Part shown: one piece after another, positions 49,067 to 59,500 of the stretch
How the letters are laid out: each line of letters opens with the position of its first letter
Position numbering within the stretch: position 1 is the first letter of the stretch
The notes under the pieces: model-generated
Seen by the model: the letters and a program-made list of their open reading frames with translations, nothing else
What the model was told of the DNA's origin: nothing
Database searches by the model: none
Assembly: GCA_964580035.1 (NCBI GenBank)
Contig: CAZOJC010000005.1
Span: 9,198-73,197, forward strand
Direction: 5' to 3'
Origin: an uncultured Candidatus Peribacteria bacterium
GTDB taxonomy: Bacteria; Patescibacteriota; Gracilibacteria; Peribacterales; Peribacteraceae
DNA: 64,000 nucleotides
Translations under genes and position numbers: made by a program

Positions 49067-50539
49067 CTATGCGATTTTTTTTGAATGCTTCCTTTCAAGT
49101 TTAGCAACCTTAATTGGTAATTCTACGAAGAATGTAGTGCCCTTACCTTCAACACCTTTACTCTCAAACCAGATTTTGCCGCCTTGGAGCTCAATGATTT
49201 CTTTAGCAATGTACAGTCCAAGCCCATTTCCATTAATATTTTTCGTATTACTGGCCCTGTACATTTGGGTAAAGATTTTATCTTTGTCTTTTTTGGGAAT
49301 ACCCAATCCAGAATCCTTTACAGTAATGTAGAGCATGGCATTTGTTTTCCTTACTTCGAATTCAACAGTACCGCCTTCCGATGTGTATTTAATTGCGTTA
49401 TTGAGTAGGTTATCGATAGAAAAATAGGTACGATTTTCATCAAGAAGCGTTGCTGGAAGATTAGATTGAATTGAGGTTTTATATTTTATCCCCTTCTGAG
49501 AAGCACCGATTAATGCAGCATCTGAGAGTCTTTTAAAGAAGATATTAAGATTTATTGGAGCAGGATGGACTGCTAATTTTTTACTAAATACATAGGCAGC
49601 ATCCAAGAACATAGCTGCTATGTTTCTAAGTTCTGCATTACCACTTTCGATTTGCTCAGCACAGTCTTTTTTGGAAGATTCTCCATCTCGCAGCATTTCG
49701 GAATACCATTTAAATCTGGTTGAAACTGCTCTGATCTGATGAGCAACGACATTTATCGTCGCATTTTTTGCCTCATTGGTTTCTACAAGAAGATTTATTG
49801 CATTTCGCCCCATGTAGATAACAGCTCCTACTAAAAATAATATAATTAATACAAGACCAGTACCAAATATCAGGAATGGCACTAGAGCTTGATGTGTTAT
49901 TTTTGCTAAATCGTTTGCTCGGATATCGACTGCAAGTATTGCAATTGTACTTCCACTTTCATTTTTTAATGGGGCATAGCCTGTCAGGACGTCACCCCAC
50001 TGATCTCCGTATGTTGTCTGATTCGTCAGCATTCCTCTGTAAGCTTCAAATGCTTCTTTTGGAGCTGTAGGATAAGGTTGGCCAGGCCACTGTAGTTGGT
50101 CTCCATCATTAATTATTCCGTCCCCATTTATATCAATTTTTGCATAAGGGTCGATAGAATGAGAATCTGCAACAAACTCCATTTTCGAGGGATCCGTTGA
50201 CGATTTTCGGATTATATACATAAATATAATATCTTTATTATTCTTTCTAATTTTCTCCATTTGCCGTACGACTTTAGGCCATTCTGGCCTCTTCCAATCC
50301 TCTTCATTATTAAGCATTTCTATGTCATGAGGGTTCAGTGTGGCAACAGATGTCGATACAATTGACAGCAATCGATCTCTTAAATTTTCTTCAAACAATT
50401 GTGTAGTTTTTCTATACAATGACCAAGAACCAGCTCCAATAATAATAAGCGCTGCTATAGTCATAACTCCTCCAAACAACAAAAATGGACGGATGTTAGA
50501 GCTTTTAATGAATTGACGAATGAGCATATTTCTTATCAT
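49067..50539 (-). CDS. Sensor histidine kinase with an extracytoplasmic Cache-like domain (orphan; no response regulator nearby)
   Basis: Two TM helices flank aa ~45-215. H-box-like VVAHQIRAV. HATPase motifs NLLNNAIKYT, DSGLGIP and GNGLGLYIAKEI. Confidence 0.85.
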   Translation of the reverse strand: MIRNMLIRQFIKSSNIRPFLLFGGVMTIAALIIIGAGSWSLYRKTTQLFEENLRDRLLSIVSTSVATLNPHDIEMLNNEEDWKRPEWPKVVRQMEKIRKNNKDIIFMYIIRKSSTDPSKMEFVADSHSIDPYAKIDINGDGIINDGDQLQWPGQPYPTAPKEAFEAYRGMLTNQTTYGDQWGDVLTGYAPLKNESGSTIAILAVDIRANDLAKITHQALVPFLIFGTGLVLIILFLVGAVIYMGRNAINLLVETNEAKNATINVVAHQIRAVSTRFKWYSEMLRDGESSKKDCAEQIESGNAELRNIAAMFLDAAYVFSKKLAVHPAPINLNIFFKRLSDAALIGASQKGIKYKTSIQSNLPATLLDENRTYFSIDNLLNNAIKYTSEGGTVEFEVRKTNAMLYITVKDSGLGIPKKDKDKIFTQMYRASNTKNINGNGLGLYIAKEIIELQGGKIWFESKGVEGKGTTFFVELPIKVAKLERKHSKKIA

Positions 50540-50581
50540 TATAGCACTAAATTACAACAGATGCTACGAAATTTTAGACTG

Positions 50582-51358
50582 TCAGCACTGAGATTTTTTA
50601 GCTGAAGCTACAAGAATTCCAGGAATACCAAGAATAGCAAGCCCCGGAGTATCAACTGAACAAATATCAATGCTTTCCTTTAAAAATCCAATTTTTTCTA
50701 GGCAATGCCTCAGTGATTGCTCTGTAACTCTGGCGCAAGGGAGCCATTCATGATCACCGTTTATATCGCCTAGAATATACTTTGTAGTATCTCTTAATGC
50801 CGACAGGAAAAGGTAACCCTCAGGGGCGACCATTATCGAAATATTATTCATCATCATTTGCCAACTCTTATCATTTGCACCGACCTCTTCTGCGCAATAG
50901 AAAGTGAGTACTACTGGATATCTTGTGCCTAAACTGAGAGGTGGTAATTTGGTGATATCACAATGATTAAGACTGCGAATTTTTTTACGCAAAAGATTCT
51001 CACGATCGATCACTTTTCCCTTTGTTACAATTTCCCCTTCCTCACGCAACACCATTTCAGTGTAATGGTTCCAAGAGAAAGCTTCGCTATGCCCCTCTTG
51101 CCATTTTTTGATTTCTGTCAAATTTTCCGGCAGGTAATCAGCCATGTCGATCGCGTCTACATATGGTGCGATAGGGAGTGCATGATGAATTGTAGGTCCA
51201 CAGCCAATTTCCAATGCTGAATTTATTTTCGGAAGCTTCTTGAACTTCTTTAGGAGAAATCGTGCTATTGGCGGTTCATCCTCATTCACATCTAAGTAGT
51301 ATGTTTCAAGATAACGCCGAGCAAAAAGATGTATATTTTTAAAATTGAATAGAGTCAT
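50582..51358 (-). CDS. NNMT/PNMT/TEMT-family SAM-dependent methyltransferase
   Basis: Start at MTLFNFKNIH. ALEIGCGPTIHHALPIAPYVDAIDMADYLPENLTEIKKWQEGHSEAFSWNHY matches the family signature G-x-G-P-T-I ... D-Y ... N ... E ... K-W ... F-x-W. Confidence 0.65.
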   Translation of the reverse strand: MTLFNFKNIHLFARRYLETYYLDVNEDEPPIARFLLKKFKKLPKINSALEIGCGPTIHHALPIAPYVDAIDMADYLPENLTEIKKWQEGHSEAFSWNHYTEMVLREEGEIVTKGKVIDRENLLRKKIRSLNHCDITKLPPLSLGTRYPVVLTFYCAEEVGANDKSWQMMMNNISIMVAPEGYLFLSALRDTTKYILGDINGDHEWLPCARVTEQSLRHCLEKIGFLKESIDICSVDTPGLAILGIPGILVASAKKSQC

Positions 51359-51485
51359 ATTTTTAGTATAACAGAATCTAATTCTGTGTTCTGCGTGGCT
51401 GCTAATCACACAAGTCTTTACAAGTATTTCCCATATTTTGATGTATTTCTTTTTGCAGAAGAAATACATTATACTTTTCTTCATT

Positions 51486-51836
51486 ATGAAAGAGCTACCA
51501 GCTTGGGTGTACGTCATCACAGCAGTTGGGATTGCTCTTTTGGCAAATTCAGTAAGTGCAATCTGGGCAAGGGGCGAAGAAAGCTTCTCAATCTGGCTTC
51601 TTGTTCTGCTGATTACGTCTCCGCTTGTCTTCATTTCTTTCGGGCTCACAACTTCACGATTGGGTGTCGCAATCAGTTCTGGAACCATTGACTCTCTTCT
51701 AACTATCACAACCATAATTGTCGGACTTTGTTTTTTTCAGGAATGGCAAAGAATATCCTCATTTCAATATCTTGGGATTTTATTAGCCGTCTCTGGCATA
51801 GCACTCATGGTATTTTTTCCTAATCCTGGAAATTAA
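51486..51836 (+). CDS. Small 4-TM membrane protein (SMR/EamA-like, DMT superfamily)
   Basis: Start at MKELPAWVYVITAVGIALLANS. 116 aa with four hydrophobic helices. TAATG overlap with the next gene. Confidence 0.5.
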   Translation: MKELPAWVYVITAVGIALLANSVSAIWARGEESFSIWLLVLLITSPLVFISFGLTTSRLGVAISSGTIDSLLTITTIIVGLCFFQEWQRISSFQYLGILLAVSGIALMVFFPNPGN

Positions 51837-53704
51837 TGCGTAACAATATTTTGACTAACTCAGCAAAAGCACAAAAGCATGACAAGATAAGGAGGCAATT
51901 ATCAAAGAGAAGATTGCCTAAACAATTTAGTAGTCTAGATTTCTTAGATATCAACCAGAGAGCTCAACACTTTGCACAGAAAATTGAGGAGAATTTTGAA
52001 AATATGGCAGAAATATTGCTTTCGTACGAGAGTTTCGAGGTAGTTCAAGATGAAACAAGAAGAACTCTCGATCTCCTCAATAATCTTTCCGAAAATAAAC
52101 AGTACTTCCAAATGCGAGTTGGAGCGGTTTGTGCTTTTCTTCCTCGTAATCAGCCTTTGTATGCACTTACATGTTTCGTAATTGTTCCATCGTTAATGGC
52201 AAGCGAATTACATTTTCGCATTCCTCAAAGCATGCGAAATTTTTTTCCTCAATTGCTTTCTCTCCTTGAGATTCAAGAACATTTCCCTAACATATTCGTT
52301 TCCCATCAAGAGAGGCTTGAATTCTTAAAAGAACGATCAGCTATTCGAGTCAACCAAGAAACAAAAGAGAGCTGGCCAGTTACGGATGCTGTCATTTTTA
52401 CCGGCACTTCAAATCATGCCGATCGTCTGCGGTTGGTATTTGATAAACGAACACTTTTTATTGCAAATGGATCAGGACACAATCCTCTGATCGTAGCTGA
52501 GGATGCGAATTTATCCGATGCAGTAGAGGCTGTTCTCACACTACAGATGTACAATCAAGGACAGGACTGCGCAGCGCCAAATGCTATTCTTGTACACAAA
52601 AAGGTATTTAGCGCATTCCGACGACAGCTCTTAAGCAAGCTTTGTACTATCAAAGTTGGGCATTATCGAGATAGATTGTGTAGAGTAGGGCCAATCAGTG
52701 ACCCAGAAGACTTAGTGCGAATACAGAGAATACTTATTGATAATCGTCAATGGCTCGATCCGGCCACACCAGGCGTCATCAGTTCCAGTAATGCAATAGT
52801 GAATCCAACAGTTATTTGCAAGCCATTAAAAGAAGGGGGAAATTTTTCTGAAGTATTCGCACCAATCATATTTCTACAAATATACGAAGAAGACTCTGCA
52901 TTATCGCTCTATTTCGAGAATCCTCATTACGCGTTGCATGCCATGTACGTTACTGTCTACGGTAAAAGTAGCTATGCAGATAAACTCTCTAGCAAATTGA
53001 TTGATGGAAAAGTTCTGCACGATCGGGCATCAATTATACATAATACACATCTGCATGCGCTGGGAGTGGAGAGGGGTACGAAACCGTATGGTGGTCATGG
53101 ATACAGCGCCTCTAATCTGAGTATACATGGGAAAATTCTTTGTATGCCCACATTACCCCAGCGAGATATTTATCAGTGGATAGTTAAGCCACTTCTACGC
53201 AAGGATGTACTAAAAAATCGTAAAGACATGTTACGACGATTAATACAAATAAAATATAAAGATGTTCAGAAATACTTAGGTATGAAATCTCTCAAAACTG
53301 CTGGGCATACTAGTCACACTACTGAAATGGCATACATAGATTCCAAAATCCTTGAAAAAGAAAAAAAGCGCTACATTCAAGTAAGGAAAGATAATATATA
53401 TTCTCTATTACAGAGTCCAAATGCAGAATATATTGCTCGTTTAGAATACAACGATCTACAGAACATTCGTGTGTTGCATTCCTTGCTTTCTAAGAGGCAT
53501 AGCAAAAATAAGGTTGAGTTTGCTCAGAAACTATACGAAATATCAAAAAAAAAACATGCCTCTGAAAATGAAAACCGCGCACATCAGTTGATTTTTTTCT
53601 TACATGTATATCAACTTTTATTCGGTAGACAGAACGGCCCGCGACTGGCTAACTTTCTTTTAGATGCTGATCGGTCAAAAGTATGTGAATTGCTTGATGT
53701 GTAG
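51836..53704 (+). CDS. Aldehyde-dehydrogenase-superfamily protein with a ~180-aa helical C-terminal extension
   Basis: FIANGSGHNPLIV (ELGG-like) and YNQGQDCAAPNAILVH (catalytic-Cys region) in the usual ALDH order. Confidence 0.6.
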   Translation: MRNNILTNSAKAQKHDKIRRQLSKRRLPKQFSSLDFLDINQRAQHFAQKIEENFENMAEILLSYESFEVVQDETRRTLDLLNNLSENKQYFQMRVGAVCAFLPRNQPLYALTCFVIVPSLMASELHFRIPQSMRNFFPQLLSLLEIQEHFPNIFVSHQERLEFLKERSAIRVNQETKESWPVTDAVIFTGTSNHADRLRLVFDKRTLFIANGSGHNPLIVAEDANLSDAVEAVLTLQMYNQGQDCAAPNAILVHKKVFSAFRRQLLSKLCTIKVGHYRDRLCRVGPISDPEDLVRIQRILIDNRQWLDPATPGVISSSNAIVNPTVICKPLKEGGNFSEVFAPIIFLQIYEEDSALSLYFENPHYALHAMYVTVYGKSSYADKLSSKLIDGKVLHDRASIIHNTHLHALGVERGTKPYGGHGYSASNLSIHGKILCMPTLPQRDIYQWIVKPLLRKDVLKNRKDMLRRLIQIKYKDVQKYLGMKSLKTAGHTSHTTEMAYIDSKILEKEKKRYIQVRKDNIYSLLQSPNAEYIARLEYNDLQNIRVLHSLLSKRHSKNKVEFAQKLYEISKKKHASENENRAHQLIFFLHVYQLLFGRQNGPRLANFLLDADRSKVCELLDV

Positions 53705-53811
53705 AACGGTAGCGCTCCAAACGAGCGACTAATCGCTTTGGTTTCGATGTCAAAGAATGCCTTGATATGTTACTTTCATCTCTATGAAGAAAAATCATTT
53801 GCTTACTGTAA

Positions 53812-53862
53812 ATAACGCATTTTGATGAGTGAGATTTTCACTGTTTTGAAAATGTGCGTTAT
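53812..53862 (+). promoter_or_regulatory. Nested imperfect palindrome upstream of the TrmB-like regulator gene (candidate operator or terminator)
   Basis: ATAACGCA...TGCGTTAT outer arms, TTTT/AAAA, and inner AGTGA-GATTT-TCACT (53828-53842). It lies 31 nt before the ATG at 53893. Confidence 0.35.
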
Positions 53863-53892
53863 AGTAAAAACTGTTTGTAGCTTATAACTGTC

Positions 53893-56052
53893 ATGACGGG
53901 TTTCCTTCTTCCAGCCAGCATCGAAGCATATTTGAGAGATGCACATTTCACAGCTACTGAAATTCTTGTCATTCGCAAAATGATTGAGGAAAAAGCACTC
54001 TCCCTTAGAGAATTAGGAGCAAAAACAGGAAAAAGCACAGGTGTATTGGACCAAGCAGTAAAAAAACTTCTTCAAAAGAAAGTGATCAAGCGGGAATTGA
54101 TTAATGGAAATCCAAAATTTACATTAGTCTCCCTAGAATCACTTGAAAAATGGATGGCACTTGAAGTTGAGAAAAGGAAGAATGAGCTTGATCGAAAACA
54201 GCAGGATCTTGCGGAGTATATATGTTCGCTCGAGACGGAAGATACTCGACCAAATATTCAAAATTTCGAAGGAGAAATTGCACTAAGAAAGGCATACAAA
54301 GAAATTATCAATGCCGAGTCAGAACTTGTTACTTTTCTCCCCAGTAATTTTAATGACGAGGAAGATCCCTTAAAAGAAATAGTAGCAGAATTTACACGAG
54401 AACGAAGAAGGAGAGGGATGTTTTTACGAGTCATTTATGCAGATACAGTCACAGGGCATTCATTTCAATCTAAAGATATCCTCTTTCATCGCCGGACCGT
54501 CCTTGTGCCAAAAGAAGAATTATCACTTGGATTTGAGAAGATGATTGTTGGAGATAAGATTTTCTGCATTGATCATAATAAAAAATTTGGCTGTTGCATT
54601 ACATTCAAAGAATTCGCAGAAGCAGAACGGGAAAAGTTTTCTCGATTATGGAGTGGCGTGACTGGGAAGACAGAGGTGGTAGTTTGTAACAATGAATTGA
54701 AATTTCGGAGAAAGAGAACACTAATTGCAGTACGCAAATATTTTTTTGATAAGAATCATTATTCCAACCTGTTAACAGGTTGTTTGCTTTCAATTCTTAT
54801 TACTGCGATATTTTTTAGTATTTCCGATCATAAAAATCAACATGCGCTAGCGCAGCGAGCCCTCACAACAGCAGTGTCCTGGTCCAGAAAGATAAATGTC
54901 TATCAACTAGAGAGGTTGCAGAATACGCCTAGCGATAGCATCAATCGCATGAATGTCGAGAGGCAACTCCATTTGTTAAATGAAAAAGAAGACAATGCAT
55001 TTGAATATACGATTCTTCAGGAAGGTGATGTGCAATCAAATCAGTTTCAAATGTCAATAACGAGTAACAACATGGACTTGTCGTCCATTAGTATGAATAG
55101 CGAAGAATCGAAGAACATTAGTGATACTGCTTCGCCTTTTATTCTGCATTCAAGTCGATCAAAAGCTGTAGCTGTGTCGCCGATTGTTAATTTTCACGGA
55201 AAAGTAATTGCTACGTTACTGATTCAGTTGCGCCAATCAAATAGCCATATAGTTCATCAATTAATTTTGAAGCCAGTAGCGACTTTCTTTGTGGTTTTTA
55301 TCATAATGTGTATTACATATCTGATATTTCAAAGGCGGGATTTACTCAAAGAAGTTATAAAATATTGGCATCTTAAGAATATTTTTGTCGTTCTTTTTGT
55401 AGGTTCTACGCTCTCGTTTAGTGTGTCATACGTCATATATCGCAATATGATTAAAACAGTATCTAATCAAGTTGGTCAGAGACTTTTGGTCATAGCAGAA
55501 ACTGCTTCAAAGGATATTGATGCAAGAGATATCGATGTTATTCGTAGCAAAGATGATGTCAATACAGAAGCCTATCAAAGATTATTTAAAAAACTTAATG
55601 AGATTCGGAGCAAGGATATTGCAATTCAATATGTCACTATTTATAGGAAAACTGCGGACAGTGATATATTAGAATTCATAGCAGATGCAGATGCCAATGC
55701 TTACAATATTCACTATGTCGTGAACAATAAAGATATCTCTACTGAAACTATTTTTCCAGGTGAGAAATATGAAATTGCTAAGAATGACTACTTAAAACAG
55801 TCGTTTCATGAGCCTATGTTTTCTCAGTCATTCTTTACAGACAATTGGGGCACATATGTATCTGGTGCTGCACCAATATACAATCAAAACAACAAGGTGG
55901 TGGCAATTCTTAATGTAGATGTAAATGTGAGTGATATTTCTCAAGCAATTCGCAAGCAAATGTCCCCTTTCTTTCTATTTAGTGCAATACTATCTTTGCT
56001 CAGCCTATCTGTTGTAGCCTACAGAAAAATAGTGGAAAGTTTTCATGGTTAG
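53893..56052 (+). CDS. Membrane-tethered TrmB-like winged-helix regulator with two extracytoplasmic domains (4 TM helices)
   Basis: N-terminal ATEILVIRKMIEEKALSLRELGAKTGKSTGVLDQAVKKLLQKKVIK (wHTH). TM helices near aa 295, 460, 500 and 695. C-terminal sensor motif DNWGTYVSGAAPIYNQNNKVVAILNVDV. Confidence 0.7.
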   Translation: MTGFLLPASIEAYLRDAHFTATEILVIRKMIEEKALSLRELGAKTGKSTGVLDQAVKKLLQKKVIKRELINGNPKFTLVSLESLEKWMALEVEKRKNELDRKQQDLAEYICSLETEDTRPNIQNFEGEIALRKAYKEIINAESELVTFLPSNFNDEEDPLKEIVAEFTRERRRRGMFLRVIYADTVTGHSFQSKDILFHRRTVLVPKEELSLGFEKMIVGDKIFCIDHNKKFGCCITFKEFAEAEREKFSRLWSGVTGKTEVVVCNNELKFRRKRTLIAVRKYFFDKNHYSNLLTGCLLSILITAIFFSISDHKNQHALAQRALTTAVSWSRKINVYQLERLQNTPSDSINRMNVERQLHLLNEKEDNAFEYTILQEGDVQSNQFQMSITSNNMDLSSISMNSEESKNISDTASPFILHSSRSKAVAVSPIVNFHGKVIATLLIQLRQSNSHIVHQLILKPVATFFVVFIIMCITYLIFQRRDLLKEVIKYWHLKNIFVVLFVGSTLSFSVSYVIYRNMIKTVSNQVGQRLLVIAETASKDIDARDIDVIRSKDDVNTEAYQRLFKKLNEIRSKDIAIQYVTIYRKTADSDILEFIADADANAYNIHYVVNNKDISTETIFPGEKYEIAKNDYLKQSFHEPMFSQSFFTDNWGTYVSGAAPIYNQNNKVVAILNVDVNVSDISQAIRKQMSPFFLFSAILSLLSLSVVAYRKIVESFHG

Positions 56053-56088
56053 GAATCCCCCCTCAGGTATATTTGCTATACTTACATC

Positions 56089-56526
56089 ATGAATCCTAAT
56101 TTTGAAAATATTTGGAATCGTTGTGTCACGCTCAGTGAGCGCTTGCTCGCTTCGATTGTGTTCATTGCCGTCATTGTCTTTGTCGTCATGAGCGTCCCTG
56201 TACTCTTAAGCATGGATTGGTCAGATACCGATACATTCTACGCTCTCATTTATCGAGTGCTCATTATTGTCATCGGCTTAGAACTCGTGCGTATGCTTGT
56301 CACTCACAGTATTGCTGCAGTCCTCGAGCTTCTCGCATTCGTGATCGCGAGAAAAATGCTCAAGCCCGACCTCACATCCATAGACATCGTGCTCGGCGTA
56401 TTCGCCTTCGTTGCGTTAATGGCCTCACGTCATTACTTCACTGAGCAATGTTTTGATGAGATAGAACATGAGTCGCAGGCACGTTCGCACGCTCTTAAGG
56501 GGAGCCAAGACTCTCCGGAGCTTTGA
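56089..56526 (+). CDS. PsiE-like (phosphate-starvation-inducible) small membrane protein
   Basis: [33 protein letters not shown] resembles the PsiE family core. The 3' end overlaps the copA 3' end by 32 nt. Confidence 0.5.
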   Translation: MNPNFENIWNRCVTLSERLLASIVFIAVIVFVVMSVPVLLSMDWSDTDTFYALIYRVLIIVIGLELVRMLVTHSIAAVLELLAFVIARKMLKPDLTSIDIVLGVFAFVALMASRHYFTEQCFDEIEHESQARSHALKGSQDSPEL

Positions 56527-59500
56527 GCTGAAGAGCATCTGGCACTATATGCACCTCGTCGAGCATCGTTTTTGTAGGTGGAAGGATGGTACCGATACGG
56601 ACAAACGTACCGAAAAATCCGTCGATCAACGAGCCTTCACCTTTGATGAGGCCGCGACGTTTCATCATTCGCGCTTCTCGGAAGCCGATCGCAATCGAAG
56701 CCCTTCCCGATTCGTCGATCTGAAGATCGTTTGGCCCCAGAAAGGCTCTGATGCTCTCGGGGAGAGCCGCGGCATCACGCGCTCTCAAGAATATTTTTGG
56801 CACGCCGAGATCATCGATAATGAGCATATCGCCGATGCTTGCCAGAGAGTCGAACGTTTCTGCACTCACGACATGAAGGTCATCGAGAACGGTTCCTGTT
56901 CTCTCGAGCACTCCGGTAATGCGCACTTTCTCGAGACCGAATGCGTCCCTGAGTTCACTATTCATCGGCCCTATCAATTTCTCTCTACGCATCATTGCTG
57001 CCTCATCTGCGCCGAGGATGATGTCTCCAAATGAAAGCTCGCTGACACCCTCGCTGACAGGCACTCCCAAACCGCCTTCCGGCATGCGGAGGAAGAGCTT
57101 GAGTTGGCCTACTGGAGAGAGAACGCCGACGAGATCCCCTCGATTGATGGCAGAGAGGGAGCGATGAGTGGTTTCAAGAGAAGCAAAACGGGTATTGGAG
57201 CTCATGAGGAGCGTGCTGAGCTTGGCAGATTCGTAGAAGAGGCCAAGGAAGACAATGACCATAATGACGGGCGCAAGGAGAGGAAGGAGCCTCATCTTTT
57301 GCGGTGAAAATGAGCGTAGCAGCAGTGCATTGAGCACGACGGACACTGAGGAAAGCGCCATGGCGAGCCCCGCAAGTTCAGGGCTGAGAAAGAGACCGAA
57401 TGACGAGTACAAGAGACGTGCTGCGATGGGAATGCCGATACAGTTGTACACGAGGGCGAAAAATAAATTTTGACGGATGGTGCGCATTGTCGCTCGCGAC
57501 AGTTCGAGCGACGTGACCACCGCAAGTGGATCGCTGCGCATGAGGACGATACCCCCAGCCTCCATCGCTATATCCGTGCCAGACCCCATCGCGATGCCAA
57601 GTGTTGCTTGTGCCAGTGCAGGAGCATCATTAATGCCGTCGCCTACCATCGCTACTCGCTTTCCTTGTGCTTGCAGCTCTTGTATTTTTTTTACCTTCTC
57701 TCCAGGGAGCACATTCGCAAGCACTGCCTGTATTCCGAGTGAAGCGGCAATGGACTGAGCCGTGCGCTTCTGATCCCCCGTCATCATGATGACATCGATT
57801 CCCATAGACACCAGTTTCTGCACTGCAGCCCGTGCGGTCGGCTTCACTGTATCGGCGATGCCGATAATGCCGATACTATTTGTTGCGTTTGCAAGAATGA
57901 CCGTTGTCTTGCCTTGCGCTTCAAGACTATCGAGAGCGGCTTCAATGTTTCTGGTCGAAATTCCACGATCCTCGAGCAGGGAACGATTACCGAGAGAGTA
58001 GTGAGTGCCGTCTATCATTCCTGCAACACCCTTTCCTGCAAACACCTGAAACTCCGACACCTGTAGAGGCTCTATGCCGCGCGTCTGTGCTGCAGCACGA
58101 ATCGCGATAGCGAGTGGATGCTCGGATTGCCTCTCGATACTTGCGGATATCCTCACTATGTCCGCCTCCGTTATTTCTCCGAAGCAAAGCACATCGGTAA
58201 CAGAAGGCATGCCTACTGTCAGTGTTCCCGTTTTATCGAAGACGATAGTATCTATCTTGCTGGCGGCTTCCAAGGGTTCTCCTCCTTTAATCAGAACGCC
58301 GAGCGAGGCTCCGCGACCAGTACCGACCATGATTGCAGTGGGAGTGGCAAGTCCTAGAGCGCACGGACACGCGATGACGATGACTGCTGTAGCAGTCATG
58401 AGAGCAACGGAGAGCGTGCTGCCCATGAAGAAGAACCACAATAGAAATGTTGCGAGTGATGCTACAATGACCCCCGGAACGAACCACGCAGAGATACGAT
58501 CTGCGATGTTTTGAATGGGCGCTCTCGACCCTTGAGCTTCTGTAACGAGGCGAATGATGTGTGAAAGCACAGTATCTTCTCCTACCTTCTTTGCCGTCAT
58601 CTCAATGCTGCCATGTCCGTTGATCGTCGCGCCGATGACAGTGTCACCAGCGTTTTTTTTCACAGGCATACTTTCGCCCGTGATCATCGATTCATCTACG
58701 TGCGTGGTACCGCTTGTGATAATGCCGTCAACGGGAATTTTCTCTCCTGGCCTCACGAGAAGCGTATCGCCGACTACCACTTCTTCAATGGCGATATCAA
58801 TGGTTGCGCCCGCCCTCACGACGTGCGCTCTCTGCGCCTGCAGTCCCAGAAGCTTTTCAATCGCTTGCGAGGTTTTTCCTTTTGCTTTGGCCTCAAGCCA
58901 TTTCCCAAGAAGAACAAACGTGATGAGGAGCGCGGATGTTTCAAAGTAGAGATTGGGAATTTTCTCTCCCGAAAGACCCACTATCGACCCCGTGACGACG
59001 GCGTACCACACCAAGTTCGCAACGCTGTACAGATAGGCTACGGTCGTGCCGATTGCGATGAGGCTATCCATGGAGAAGGTCCCCATGCGAAGCGCCGACC
59101 ACGTGCCGCGATAGAAGCGCAAGCCCAAGAAAAACTGAACGGGCGTAGCGAGCAAGAGAGACGCAATGCCGATAGAGGGAGGAAGCGTAACACTCCCGGG
59201 AAGCCAGAAGAAAAAATCTAACAGCATGAAATAGACCATCGGCAGACTCAATAGCAGAGACGCAATAAAAGATCGAAATACGAGCGCAGTTTGCTCGGCG
59301 TGAGCATGATGAATATCGCCCGTAACTTCAGCGGCACCGTATCCCGCTTTCTTGATAAGAGTGATGATTGTCTTGCTATCGAGTTTTGTCGGATCGAAAT
59401 CAATCGTTGCCTTCTCTGATGCGAGATTGACGTGTGCAGACAGCACGCCATCCGTTTTGGTCAGGCTACGCGTGATGAGTCCTGCGCACGATGCGCAATG

